From NCBI GenBank assembly GCA_951406725.2, contig OX597830.1:18228001-18292000 (forward strand): DNA of 64,000 bases, in the 5' to 3' direction. Below the pieces are notes generated by a model. That model saw only the letters and a program-made list of their open reading frames with translations, had not been told where the DNA came from and did not search any database. Position numbers and translations under genes: made by a program. This document shows, piece after piece, positions 41,289 through 54,079 of this stretch. The stretch comes from Octopus vulgaris. Taxonomy: Eukaryota. How positions within the stretch are numbered: position 1 is the stretch's first letter; the number at the start of each line of letters is the position of its first letter.

Positions 41289-41834
41289 ACATTTTTTTCT
41301 CTTGGCTTTCTTGAGAAAATTGTAATTTGTAAGTTTAACGTAGTTTAATTTTTCGAATTTTAACCAATCGATGGCCTCTGTTGAGCTAAAATCATTTGCT
41401 GCGTCTAAAACTGAGACAGCATCCTGTCACTAACCCTAACCCTAAATTTTAGCCTTTCGTTTACTGTGTTATATCTATTTACATTTATATTTTTACTTGT
41501 GATCCCAACATTATTACCGTTTCCTTCTCTTCCCCTCTATTCTTCTTTTTCCTTTTCTTTCTCTTTTTTCTCAACCTTCAATTCTCCTTACTTCCTTCCC
41601 TTACAAATGGAATGAACCCACGAGAATCTACTCAGCATTCACTCTATATTGACTGATGATACAGTATGGACGGATTTTCGAAGTCCAATAATACCCTGTA
41701 CACCTATTTGATTATGAAGATTTGCAAACATACTTTCTCAGTGAAACTCAATATACCTACCATTATAAATAATACCAAATGTTCCTTTTCGAACTTTTCA
41801 TAATGTGATACAAGTCTTTGGTGTAGAAATTCCA

Positions 41835-41928
41835 TGCGGCTGAAGAGGGCTTTAAACCATCTGTTATGTCGATTATACATTGATGTAAGAATAAGTTGTT
41901 TTATAAAGCTCGAAACACATGTACCGCG
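41835..41928 (+). ncRNA. Type I hammerhead ribozyme, intact core
   Basis: Stem I TGCGG/CCGCG; CTGAAGA at 41840-41846; stem II GGGCTTTA/TAAAGCTC; GAAA at 41912-41915; stem III ACACATGT; GUA site at 41921-41923. Confidence 0.8.
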
Positions 41929-41948
41929 ACATCCTTTGTGTTCTGTTT

Positions 41949-42023
<75 letters not shown>

Positions 42024-42211
42024 ACATATATACAACGGGCTTCTTTCAGTTTCCCTCTACCAAATCCACTCACAGGGCCTTGGTCGGCCCGAGGCTATAG
42101 TAGAAGACACTTGCTCAAGGTGCCACGCAGTGGGACTGAACCCGGAAACCATGTGGTTGGTAAGCAAGCTACTTACCACAGAGCCACTCCTACGCCCATA
42201 TTTTCACTTAT

Positions 42212-42443
42212 TAAGGCGGCGAGCTGGCAGAATCGTTAGCACGACGGGCGAAATGCGTAGCCGTATTTCGTCTGCCTTTACGTTCTGAGTTCAAATTCCG
42301 CCGAGGTCGACTTTGCCTTTCATCCTTTCGGGGTCGATAAATTAAGTACCAGTTACGCACTGTTGTCGATGTAATCGACTTAATCCGTTTCTCTATCCAT
42401 GTTTGTCCCCTCTGTGTTTAGCCCCTAGTGCGCAGTAAAGAAA
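42212..42443 (+). mobile_element. SINE family B, full length
   Basis: AAGGCGGCGAGCTGGCAGAATCG (A box-like)...GAGTTCAAATTCC (B box)...CAGTAAAGAAAT. Confidence 0.85.
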
Positions 42444-42789
42444 TATATATTTTCACTTATTTTTACGATACCGAACTGCATGTTAATCGCTTCGCTCACT
42501 CACTTCTGTGGTTATCAACGTTTTGCCTGCATTTAAATTTGAAACCATCGTTCACAACGTTTGTATAAAATAAAAACACGAAAACAAACAAACAAAGAAA
42601 AACCATGGAAATAAGAAGAGCTTGAGCTAAAACAGTAATTATCAAAGTAGTAATTTAATATAAATTGCTTCCAACAAATTTCTGTAAGATGTAATGTTTG
42701 TTTTGTGACATTAATCATAAGACAGAATATGCTCAAATTGTTGACTAATACGTTACATATCGCAATTCGCTTGGAGCATTTATTTACTA

Positions 42790-43183
42790 CTAGCACTAGT
42801 GCTAGTGCATGCACGTCCATACAGCTGCGTACGTGCGCACATACACGCGAGTTTACTGTCCAAATCTCCGACCAATCACATACACGTGGAGTACTGTCCA
42901 AATCTCCGACCAATCACATACAGCTAGCGTAGGCATTCAATTGGCGTATCAAGTTTCGGGCATTTTGATTGGGTTTTAGATAGAAAATTCACAAAAAAGT
43001 CACTTCTATTGATTTTTTTAATGGCTTCGCGGGGTGACGGTGGGAAATGTAAAGATTTCACCACAACCACCCTTGGATGGTTTTGAATGACCATAGAAAG
43101 TGCGAGCCCTCTCTAACTGAAAAATTGTGAGATTTGTATAAAGGACACATACACAGACATTTTGCCGTTTATATATAGAGAGA
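42790..43183 (-). mobile_element. Probable non-autonomous Helitron
   Basis: Minus strand starts A|TCTCTCTATATATAAA. A candidate CTAG|T end lies near 42790, but the 3' end is uncertain. Confidence 0.5.
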
Positions 43184-44155
43184 TGTCTTATTCTGACGTC
43201 CACTCAGTGCGAATGAAGATTTCTCTTCGTTGGTTGTTGCTTACGTCATTACAAATTATACGAAATTTTTTTTTTTTTATGTTATCAACATTTACGGTTT
43301 ATTTGCCATTAAACAACTTAAATCATTATTGTGCTCATTCTAGTTCTAATGAGAGAGAAAAATTAAATGCCAGTTCAATCTCTTATTATAAAAGGCAGAT
43401 TTTATCTGCCTCCCTTTGTCAGTTATAGAAATCTACAATATAGGATTTCTTCAATTACAATTTACCTAGCATTTTTAAGAGTAGAATGCATCGGGTTTTG
43501 CCAGGTCCAGTTTTTAAAATTTAAACTCCAATTAAGCAAAATTTACAGAAAACTCACATTCTGGTGTGTATGTCAAATGCTTTTCTTAGTCTGGTTTACA
43601 GCACACGCAAACGCACACACACAGTGTGCAACGAATAAAGTGAAACTAGATGTAATATTTGTTTCTGTCTATCACGCTGATAGATACATGAGTAAAATGT
43701 ATGGCAAGCTAACAGATAAGAGTGAGTGAAAATGTTCTTGGAAGAGAGTAAATAGCGAGAGTGATTTGAGGAAGACTAAACTGAAAGTATGAAACAGTGT
43801 TTATGTATAAACAGACGACACTTATATAAACCCTTTCGTTACCAAACCGCCCGAATTTACCTATTCATATTTAAATGAGAATATCAGAGTAAATCTCTTT
43901 AGTACATTCGTGAAAACACGTATTATACTTCGTAAACACTTCAAATACAGTTTTGTACAAAAATCGAAGTGTAATTTTAATTCCGTGAATTATGGGAGAT
44001 TTTTTTCCGAAATTTGTTCCTATTGTGTTTTCAAAATTTGTAATTCTGACAAAAAATGGATACGAATTTCATTATATCAAGCAGCGAGTCAGAATTCGAA
44101 GGATTTTCTACTGAAGACCTTCATAAATCTAACTCTATGACTGAAAAAAAAAGCA

Positions 44156-44550
44156 TCTTTATATAAGAGTGAAGTTGTGTGTCTGTCCCCTTCGATTTAC
44201 ATTCGTAATTACTCCCACATTTTGCGGTGCAGTTTAACCAAAAGCGGGTATCTTATAGTCGTGATTCATATCGAGCCCTTCTGGGTATATGTGCGCGTCT
44301 ACGATGAGTCTACGATTTAAAAAAAATTTACCATCATATTTTTCCATTTTAATGCATTTTTTTCGCTTTTATATAAGGAAGTAACTCTCTAAAAATATCT
44401 ACGATGTGTCAACGATTAAAAAAAAAGTTTACCTTAATTTTTTTTCAATTTTTAATGCATTTTTTTGCTATTTTTTGGCTATAACTCTCTAAAAATGCTT
44501 ATATAGTTATTTCCCTTACAAACCCGAGCAACGCCGGGCGATACTGCTAG
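44156..44550 (+). mobile_element. Non-autonomous Helitron, complete
   Basis: A|TCTTTATATAAG...hairpin CCCGAGCAACGCCGGG...CTAG|T; no TSD. Confidence 0.88.
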
Positions 44551-45136
44551 TATAAAATAAATAGATATTTTTTTCTTTTAGAAATAAATGGAAAATGTCT
44601 TTTATTTCTATTATTTGTAATGATTAAAGATTTGGTTGTAGTTTATAAAATGTACAGTTCTGAACACTATAACAATTTTTTAAAAAATTGTTTATTGTAC
44701 TTTTTTCTTATTGTTTATCGATCCATTTTTTTTCTGCTGATTCCAAAAATGAAATTAGTTTTTGTGTATCATCAACAGTTAAAAAAAACATGTCGACTTT
44801 TAATGTTATTATATATTCGGTATTATTATAATGTTCCGCTACTAAATGTATATCTAATTTTTTCTTTCAGTCCAATTACTAAGTTCTGCTACTTTCAGGA
44901 TGGCTACTAGAGTATGTAAAAATTCTTCAGATACATTTTGCTATGGTCTCTAGTCAGAAGAAATGAAGGTATACACTCCAGAAAATCTCGATCGTCAAAG
45001 TACTTCTCATCTTAAGAAAAGAGTTATCAAGGCATTTACAGTGCAGAGTGTTATTGTTTCTTTTTATTCTTAGTTAATAAATACTTTTCAGTATATGAAA
45101 AAGTACTAAATGTTGTGTAATTATCCTTACAGTACT

Positions 45137-45543
45137 TTTTAGAAGCACTCCGTCGGTAACGACGATGAGGGTTCCGGTTGATCCGAATCAACGGAACAGC
45201 CTGCTCGTGAAATTAACGTGTAAGTGGCTGAGCACTCCACAGACACGTGCACCCTTAACGTAGTTCTCGGGGTTATTCAGCGTGACACAGAGAGTGACAA
45301 GGCCGGCTCCTTGAAATACAGGTACAACAGAAACAGGAAGAGAGAGTGAGAGAAAGTTGCGGTGAAAGAGTACAGCAGGGGGTGGTGGTGACCCCTGCTG
45401 TACTCTTTCTGCCGGAGCCTCGTGGAGCTTTCTTTTAGGTGTTTTCGCTCAATAAACACTCACAACGCCCGATCTGGGAATCGAAACCGCGATCCTATGA
45501 CCGCGAGTCCGCTGCTCTAACCACTGGGCCATTGCGCCTCCAC
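45137..45543 (-). mobile_element. Chimeric SINE: family C head with family F tail, inserted as one unit
   Basis: 10 bp TSD TTACAGTACT at 45127-45136 and 45544-45553; the tail matches about 53100-53250. Confidence 0.85.
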
Positions 45544-47949
45544 TTACAGTACTAGAATAGATTGAACCAACAAAGTGCTGCAGAGAAAAGTTACAAATAT
45601 AACGAGCAAATTATGAAATTAGCAATAAATAAATAACTCTCGGTGTTAGGTCAAAACGAATGTGATTTTTGAATTTAGTGGCAAAAAAAAAAATGCATAT
45701 ATGAACATTGAAATGTACAAATAAACAAAACGTGTGTTATATTGTGTAATATACAAAAAGAAAAGAAAAAAAAAGAAAGAAAGAAACGGATTCTTTGCTT
45801 TTAAAAATCTTTTTTAGTCAAGCTTAATATCCTAAAAGAATCCTTATGGAAACAACAATCTATTTTTAAAACATATATTAATGAAATATTGCCGTAACAC
45901 CAAAGAAATTATGAAGTGCGGACTACCATAAAAGTTCGTTTGTAATATTCATCGCGATGTTAAGGTTTCAATTGGTTTTAAAACCCATCATACTAATGCT
46001 ACAAGTGTAGATAATCTTTCTGTAAGCCCCATATATTAGTTTTCAATGTGTCATTTTATAATAAATAAATTTATATATGATGAAAAATAATGTAAAAAAA
46101 TAAAAAGATCTTATTACATATTCACTTTTTTCTTAAATGAAATGGGCGGGGAAAAACTTCGCAGCCTTAATACCAAGTATTATATGCACCCAAATTTTAA
46201 TCCTGATTTTGATGAAAAAAAGGTGCGTGTTATGTATGAATATTTTACGGTAACTGCTGAAGAAGTGAGACATCACACAAAAGCCAAGTTTATTAATAGT
46301 TGTGGTGACATCAATTTGTCAGATTGTTTGAGAATAGCTTACTTTGGGAGAGAGTTTCTCACCTTTTAAAAGACATAACGATATCCAAACAAGCTGCTTC
46401 AGAATGTGTCTTATTTAATAGCTGTAGAGAGGAATCTGGTAAGTAAATACGGCAGTCACTGCAGTTTTATGTACGATAAAATCAGTAATTTACGATACGA
46501 GATACACTTGCTTTAATGTCGATACACAGGACTTGCAGAGGTAGAGATATTTTTTCATAGATTAAATCAGCAATAAGGGATTTCGATTAACCCTTATTAA
46601 ATATCTCAGTCGTGTAATCTCAGACGCAGCACCATCTATGATAAGATCTCTAAAAGAACTCGTTATATTTGCTAAAGAACTTGAAGACTACAACTGGATG
46701 TTTAGACCTTAATAGTGAGTCATTGTTTTATTCATCAACGAAATGAGTGTTCGCATTCTCTTCGAACGTTGTCTTGTAATGTCCCTCTCTATGTAAGATC
46801 ATTTTTGATCATAATAAAGATTCCATTCTCTACGAACGTACAGTATGATAAAAAGTAAGCGATTGAATAACTGAAACTGAAAAAAAATTAGAAAAACCTC
46901 TTCCGCTGAATCTAATAATTTATGCGATTGTAAAGTTCGCTGGCGATATTCAAGAGCTTCTATAAGATGAACTGAATCTCTCCATGGATAGAATTACAGG
47001 ACCTAAAATTATTATTTAGAATTTTTGGTTGATGCCATTAGCCACATAAATTTTTAATCGGAATTGCTAAGGAGCATAAATAATCAAAGTTTCAAATTAC
47101 AAGGGGTCAAATCATTTAAGATGACTGTTTACCACTCTTTTACAAATACCAAGATCTCTTGAATCAATACCGCAGTTTCTTGTATCTTACGAAAGGAATA
47201 AACATAGAATGAATGGCACGTGAAGCATTTTCCGAAATTGAAGAAAAAAAAAGAAAAATTACGTCGAAAATATTTTGATATTCATCTCTAATGGTTTATC
47301 AATGCGGTGAACTCCCTCTCTCATACACACACACACACACACAGTGAATGTTTAGTAAGTGAAGAAGTCTTTACGCTCTGACTTCATATTCCGCCGAGGT
47401 CGACCTTGCCTTCCACCCTTACGAGATCGATAAAATAAGTACCAGTTAAGCATAAGGATCGATGTAATCGACTAGCTCCAACCCCCTCCCAAAAAACATT
47501 TTGAGGCCTTGTGCCTATAGAAGAAAGGATATTTAAAATATCAGTTTATAATCACATGTTTTTAAACATAATTCTATTAATTTCACAAAACCGTTAGATT
47601 CACTTCATTTAAATTTAAATGAAGTGAATCTAACGGTTTTGTGTGTTTCTTAAATGGCTTATAAAGACCTTCCACGCTGCAATTGTTTTCGTTCCAGCAC
47701 ATGATCTCAGATCAAGTCACTTGCTATGCAAGTACATCTATTAATTTCATGGTACACCTAGATCCAAACGCACAGCACGATTGTGAACGATAGCGCAGTT
47801 TGGGAACCGCTGCTCTCCTATTATTTTTTCTAAATGAATAAACAAAAGATGAAAGGCGACATTAGTCCTAGATACATTGTCGAATAATAAAAAAAAATAA
47901 AACACGATCTGGTCATGACTGCAACATCGTATGATCAATATCGTTTCTA

Positions 47950-48745
47950 CTCTAGGCACAAGGCCCGAAATTTGGTGGGAGGGGCCCAGTCGATTACATC
48001 GACCTCAGTACGCAACTGGTACTTAATTTATCGACTCCGAAAGAACGAAAGGTAAAGTCGACCTCGACGGAATTTGAACTCAGAACGTAAAGGCAGACAA
48101 AATACCCATTTCTTTATTACCCACAAGGGGCTAAACACAGAGGGGACAAACAAGGACAGACATAGGTATTAAGTCGATTACATCGACCTCAGTGCGTAAC
48201 TGGTACCTAATTTATCGACCCCGAAAGGATGAAAGGCAAAGTCAACCTCGGCGGAATTTGAACTCAGAGCATAACGGCAGACGAAATACGGCTACGCATT
48301 TCGCCCGGCGTGCTAACGTTTCTGCCAGCTCGCCACCTTCGGCAGACGAAATACCTGTTTCTTTACTACCTACAAGGGGCTAAACACAGAGAGGACAGAC
48401 AAACGGATTAAGTCGATTATTTCGATTCCAGTGCGTAACTGGTACTTAATTTATCGACCCCGAAAGGATGAAAGGTAAAGTCGACCTCGGCGGAATTTGA
48501 ACTCAGAACGTAAAGACAGACAAAATACCTGTTTCTTTACTACCAGAAGGGACAAACAAGGACTGACAAATGGATTAAGTCAATTACCTCGACCCCAGTG
48601 CGTAACTGGTACTTAATTTATCGACCCCGAAAGGATGAAAGGTAAAGTCGACCTCGGCGGAATTTGAACTCAGAACATAAAGACAGACAAAATACCGCTA
48701 AGCATTTCGCCCGGCGTGCTAACGATTCTGCCAGCTCGCCGCCTT
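47950..48745 (-). repeat. Tandem array of about 5 SINE B units
   Basis: AACTGGTAC.TAATTTATCGAC...CGGAATTTGAACTCAGA recurs about every 160-240 bp; I count 4 clear core copies plus partial pieces. Confidence 0.8.
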
Positions 48746-49190
48746 TCTGCATGATCAATGTCTTCTGGATCACGGGTGACCTGAGGCTAAACAGAAGAAG
48801 CAAATTACGGTTTCCATTCTATGTGTGTGTATATAAACACTATTTTCTGCGTAAGTTCCATTCTGTGTACATTAAACTCTGTCAATACTGTTTTGTATAT
48901 ATAAACTTTATTTTATGTATGTAAACAATATTTTGTATAGGTAAACTCTGCTTTGTATATGTAAGCTCTATGTTGTGTATATAAGCTCCATTTTGTATAT
49001 GTAAACATGGTGAGTTTCTGCTGTGAAAATTGTTTTAGAGTTTCAACCTCAAGTTTTCGAAAGAAACTCTACAAAAACGATGTATCAAAATATGACAAGA
49101 CTTCCTTTTGACCACCCCCTCCCACCAAACCCTCACCCATTATTAAAAATTTTTTTTTTACAGAAACCCCCGTTTTCAGGTACGGAGATT

Positions 49191-49560
49191 GGATCTTTTC
49201 GGTTTGAACGGCAGTTTTTAACATAATTTCTAGGTAACTAAAAAATTTAAAACTTCGTATACTGGTAGAATGTGTTTATAAAACATCTTTTTCTCTTGGC
49301 TTAATTGAGAAAATTCTATAGGTTGGTAAGATATTTGTTGTTCTTTTCTTCAATTTCTGCAATTTCAACCAGTCAGTGGCGTCTATTGAGGTAAAAAACA
49401 TTCTGTGCCGTATGAATATGTCCCTCGTTTAAGAAACAGATTGGGTTTATTTACATTTGTGAAGGAAAAAAGATACCTTTCCCTCCACTCAACTTCGTAT
49501 ACTGGGAGAATGTGTTTATAAAACATCTTTTTCTCTTGGCTTTATAGAGAAAATTCTGTA
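49191..49560 (+). mobile_element. Truncated MITE D with internal duplication
   Basis: Left TIR at 49191; segment AACTTCGTATACTGG...GAAAATTCT repeats from 49491. Confidence 0.8.
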
Positions 49561-50843
49561 AGGGTTACGGAGATTACGAATCTGGTAAAAAAAAAAAAAT
49601 GGCAAAAATCGGCATTTCAAGATTTCAATCCCCCCAATTTCTTCATTTTTGACTTTTTTCAGAATTTTTTCTTTCCTTTTTTCTTGCAAAATATGTAGAA
49701 AATTACGGAGATTAATGATTCTGAAAAAAATTTCCAAAAATTTTTGTAAAATTTCAATAAAAAAAAAAATTATCCCTCTCTCTCTCCCCTCGCAGTCTTA
49801 CGCCTTAAACACGAAGTTTTGAAACCCTTTTCGCGAATGCGCATGAGTTGACTGCTACGCTGAAAGTGAAACTTTGGCAGATGGGCGGGCGACATGTGGA
49901 AAAGGTTTCTGGAAATATTTTTTTTTTAATTTTCGGTTTTAAAATGCGGACGGCCCGATTCTGTCGTTCGTTTCTCTTTATGTGGTAGAAAGTTACAATA
50001 AAGTGTTTATTTATTTATTTATTTATTTATTTGTTTTGTTGGGTCAACTGGTTCCCCTTTCAGGTATTGGGCATGCGCACCCATAGTTTCATTTTCTGTC
50101 ACCGCGCGAAATTTCGGAATGGAGTACAAGGATCCAGCTATACAATGTTTAAAACATAATTCCAAGGTTTATTCTCCACGAATTCCAACGGTATGTAACT
50201 TGAAATTTCTTTGATATTTTCAACGAATTCGTGTTGTATGTGTACCACATACAGATATGTGTGGGTGTGTCAAGCGAGTTTGTTAGAGATTTGGGTTTTA
50301 TTTCGGTACTTTTTGTGAATGCCCTTTCGAGTTTCATTTTGTAGGAAAAAAAAAACTTTGGAAATCTCCAACACTTTCTGTTGTAACCACCCACCCCCAC
50401 CCCAAAAAACCCAAACACTTTATTTTAACTTTTTGCAACGAATTCGTGTTGTATGTGCATCACATAGAGATGTGTGTGGGTGTGTTGGAGATTTGGGTTT
50501 TATTTCGGTACTCAAATTTTTTGTAAATGCCCTTTTAAGTTTCATTTTGTAGGGGAAAAAAACACTTTGGAAATCTCTAACACTTTCTGTCGTAAAAAAA
50601 AATGAACACTTTATTTTAACTTTTTGCCAGACAAACTGCAAAGGCCAAACCAAGTTCTTTTCCCGAAGCGGTATTTGGGGGGTTTTTTTGCCGACTTCTT
50701 AAGACCTTTCTTGTTGCACTGGAACTTGCTCTCTGACAGATCTTCCAGCCCGCTTCACTTTGTAAATTTTGCTCAGTATAGTTTTACAAGATAGGCAACG
50801 CATTTGTTTGGCTAGGAGCCCAGGTTCCTGGCAATAACTTTTT

Positions 50844-50992
50844 GGCGATCCTTCGTTATAAATACACACGTGACTTTTACGTTTCTGAAGATAACAGAAA
50901 CCCTTTTCTCGCACCCCTAACCCTAACGCCCCATATATAAAAAAAAAAACACTTTCTTGAAATGTATCCGGTACTTATACCGAAGTTACGCC
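50844..50992. mobile_element. 149 bp GGCG-ended MITE with 8 bp TSD and internal CCCTAA
   Basis: AACTTTTT|GGCGATCCTTCG...CGAAGTTACGCC|AACTTTTT. Confidence 0.88.
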
Positions 50993-51626
50993 AACTTTTT
51001 TATAATACCTCTTTTTTATCGCGGGAATTTATTAAAAAATATGTGCGAAAAAGAGTTTGTGTGAGATTTGGTTGTTATTTCTAGCATGTTGATAGACTGC
51101 TTGAAGGCTTATTTAATGTACGGAAGCGGATGGGTTACGTCTCCACCACGTACGCCCAATTTTGATTTCGAAGTATTTAATAATTTGTTTGGTAATCATA
51201 GAGAAACGAACGACAGAATCGGGTCGTCCGCATTTTAAAACTGAAAATCAAAAGAAAAAAATTCCCAGAACCTTTTCCCCATGTCGCCCACCCATCATCA
51301 CAGTTGATTGCATCGGCCCCAGTCAATACGTGACAGGTGCTTATTTTAGCCACCCCGAAAGGATAAAAGGCAAAGTCGACTTCGGCGGCATTTGAACTCA
51401 GAATATAAAGGAATGCTGCTAGGCATTTTTTTTTTTTTTTTGTCTGGCGCGATAACGATTCTGCCTGTTTGCCGTTTTTATAATGATTATGATTATGATT
51501 TCTTTATTGACCACAAAGGGTTTACATTAAGAAAAACTTTGTGGATGGTACAAGACGGGACAAAACAAAGAATGTGTATGAGTGTGTGTTGTTTGCAGGT
51601 TTAACGTAATAATAAAAATAAATCTT

Positions 51627-51791
51627 GGCGATGCTTCGGTATATGTACACGCGTGACTTTTTTTTACATTTCTGAATATAACAAAAACCCTTTTCTCCCA
51701 CCCCTAACCTTAACACCCCATATATAAAAAAACAAGCACTTTTTTTAAATGTATCCTGTACTTACACCGGTACATATACCGAAGGTTCGCC
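51627..51791. mobile_element. Second copy of the GGCG-ended MITE
   Basis: TAAATCTT|GGCGATGCTTCGG...CCGAAGGTTCGCC|CAAATCTT. Confidence 0.85.
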
Positions 51792-51839
51792 CAAATCTTA
51801 ATGTATAATCCTCAATAGAGAAAAAAAAAACCTAAAACC

Positions 51840-52114
51840 ACGGGTGCTATGACTTCTGGGGCAGGCCCGTTCACTCACATCATTCTTGCCACTCTCGTCC
51901 ATCATTCAACAAAATGATTAGAAGGTAACAGTTCCCTCTCCATCCTTATTTTCTTTTTCAAGAGAAACTTGAAGTCGATGAGGGATTGGCCAAAGAGAAA
52001 GGTGTTTATCTTTAGCCCCTTCAATCTTGTCCACCATACAACCTCTTTTACCGTGGCCACCAGGCATATAAAGACAGCGATCTTCCCGATGGATTCTGTT
52101 AACAGGTGGATCAA
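51840..52114 (-). pseudogene. Tx1/L1-like LINE ORF2 C-terminal remnant
   Basis: VFICLVATVKEVVWWTRLKG...KKKIRMERELL..FVE*WTRVA resembles the AKxxIWxxR...FxxxW ends of Tx1 ORF2 (recalled pattern). Confidence 0.6.
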
Positions 52115-52924
52115 ATCCTTTCTATTATAGGCACAAGGCCTGAAATTTGGAGGGAAGTGGAGTTAGTCGATTACATCGACTCCTGTGCTTGACTGGTACT
52201 ATTTTATCGACCCCGAAAAGATGAAAGGCAAAGTCGACTTCGGCAGCATTTAAACTCAGAACGTAAAGACGGATGAAATGCTGCTGAGCATTTTGTCCTG
52301 TCCACTAATTATTCTGCCAGCTCGCCGCCTTATTGATAACAATCCTTTCTACTATAGTCATAACTTCCAAATATCGTCTAGGTCAACTATGTCTTTCATC
52401 CTTTCGAGGTCGATAAAATATCAGTTGAACACAAGGGTCAATGTAATCGACTTGACCCCTCTCCTAAAATTGCTGGTCTTGTGCAGAAATTATTATTATT
52501 ATTGAGAAGGCTGCGATCTGGCCGAATCGTTAGCACACCAAGCAAAATGCTTGGCGGCATTTTGTCCGTCCTTACGTTCTGAGTTCAAATTCTGTCGAGT
52601 CGGCTTTGCCTTTCATCTTTTCGGGGTAAGTTGAATAAGTCTCAGTTGTGCACTGAGGTCGATGGGAAAGACTTCCGCCCACTTCATTTTCTCCCAAATT
52701 TGTTTATTTTTGTAATTTTTTTTGCCAAAAATCCCCATTTTCGGAAACGGAGGTTCTGGAAAATTGCCAAAAATCAGCAGATTAGAAATAATTATGCAAT
52801 AGTATTTTGCATTAGGTTTTTTTTATGCTCACTATTTTAAATATGCTAATAGAATGTAACTATTTAAAATGGATACAGCATCCCCAACTCTTTCAACAGT
52901 AATTTTCTTGAGGTATTAAGCTCA

Positions 52925-53250
52925 GAGGCTTAGTGGTTAGGGTATTCAGTTCACAATTGTAAGATCATGAGTTCGATTCCTGGCGGTGTGTTGTTTCCTT
53001 GAGTAGAACATTTTATTTCACATTGCTTCAGTCCACTCGGCTCACGAAAATGAGTTGTACCTCTAACCCTGTAAGTCAAAGGACTAGCCATCTGGTCATA
53101 TCCTGTGTCATGTTGAATCTCCCTGAGAACCATGTTAATGATATGCATATCTGTGGAGTGCTCAGCCACTTGCACATTAATTTCATGAGCAGGCAGTTCT
53201 GCTGATCGGATCAACCAAAACATTTGTCATCGTAACCGACGGAATGTCAC
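52925..53250 (+). mobile_element. tRNA/CORE-like SINE family F
   Basis: GGCTTAGTGG A box and GAGTTCGATTCC B box; partial copy at 6785-6997. Confidence 0.75.
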
Positions 53251-54079
53251 CTATTAAGCATAGATGTAGTTTTAATGTCTCTTGGTTCCTAATATAAAAA
53301 AAAAACAATTTACCAGTAGACACTTGAGAACATGTTTAGGAATCCTGTCACCCAAAACGTGAAAAAAAAGTCCTGCTCTAAGCCTAATAAGGATTGTGTA
53401 TCATAACGTTTAGCTTCAAATCCAGATAGTTCAGAAACCAGAACAAATGTATCTGAAATAGAAACTAATTGAAAATCCTGCTTGTCAGAACCTTAAATAG
53501 AAGCTCAAAATGTTTTAACTTCAGGTTTTATTTTTGTCAAATGTATCAGCTAAACTCAGCACCTTTTATGACCAATCAAAATTGTTTCCTAGTATGATGA
53601 TATTTAATCCAGGTTAACGCAGTCTGCGTAGACTTTTAATCAGTGTTCTAAAACGAAATCACAATATCTAGGTTAGCAGACTTAATGACATCACCTTCTC
53701 TACTGCAGATCTACTTCGACAGACCCGAAGCAGACCCACAGTAGAGAGAGGATATCATAGATGAGGGCAAGAATGGCAACAAAAAGGGCTTTGACGAAAC
53801 TAACTGCTTGATTGAACAAACAATAATCAAACAATCGATTTGTTACTTGATTAAATAGTTAATTAATTGACTAACGATAATAGTTCCAATTTGTGACAGG
53901 ACCAGCAGTTTTTGGTTGGAAAGAGGTAAGCCAATTACATCAAGCCTAGTACTTGACTGGTATATGTTTTATCACCCTTGAAAGGATGAAAGATAAAATC
54001 GGCCTCGGTGGAATTTTGTCAAGCGTGGTATCGATTCTGCCAGCTCACCACCTTCAATTGACTAATAATAATAATAATA

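Noticed and set aside
47950-48745. Regularly recurring repeats suggesting a CRISPR array
   Set aside because: The units are whole SINE segments with no unique spacers, there are no cas genes, and the context is eukaryotic.
48820-49005. Degenerate about 23 bp tandem repeat (TGTATATAAACTCTATTT-like)
   Set aside because: An ordinary decayed minisatellite with no further structure.
53690-53800. Possible splice acceptor (CTTCTCTACTGCAG) and short exon
   Set aside because: All three frames stop within about 20 codons, and there is no recognisable protein or partner exon.
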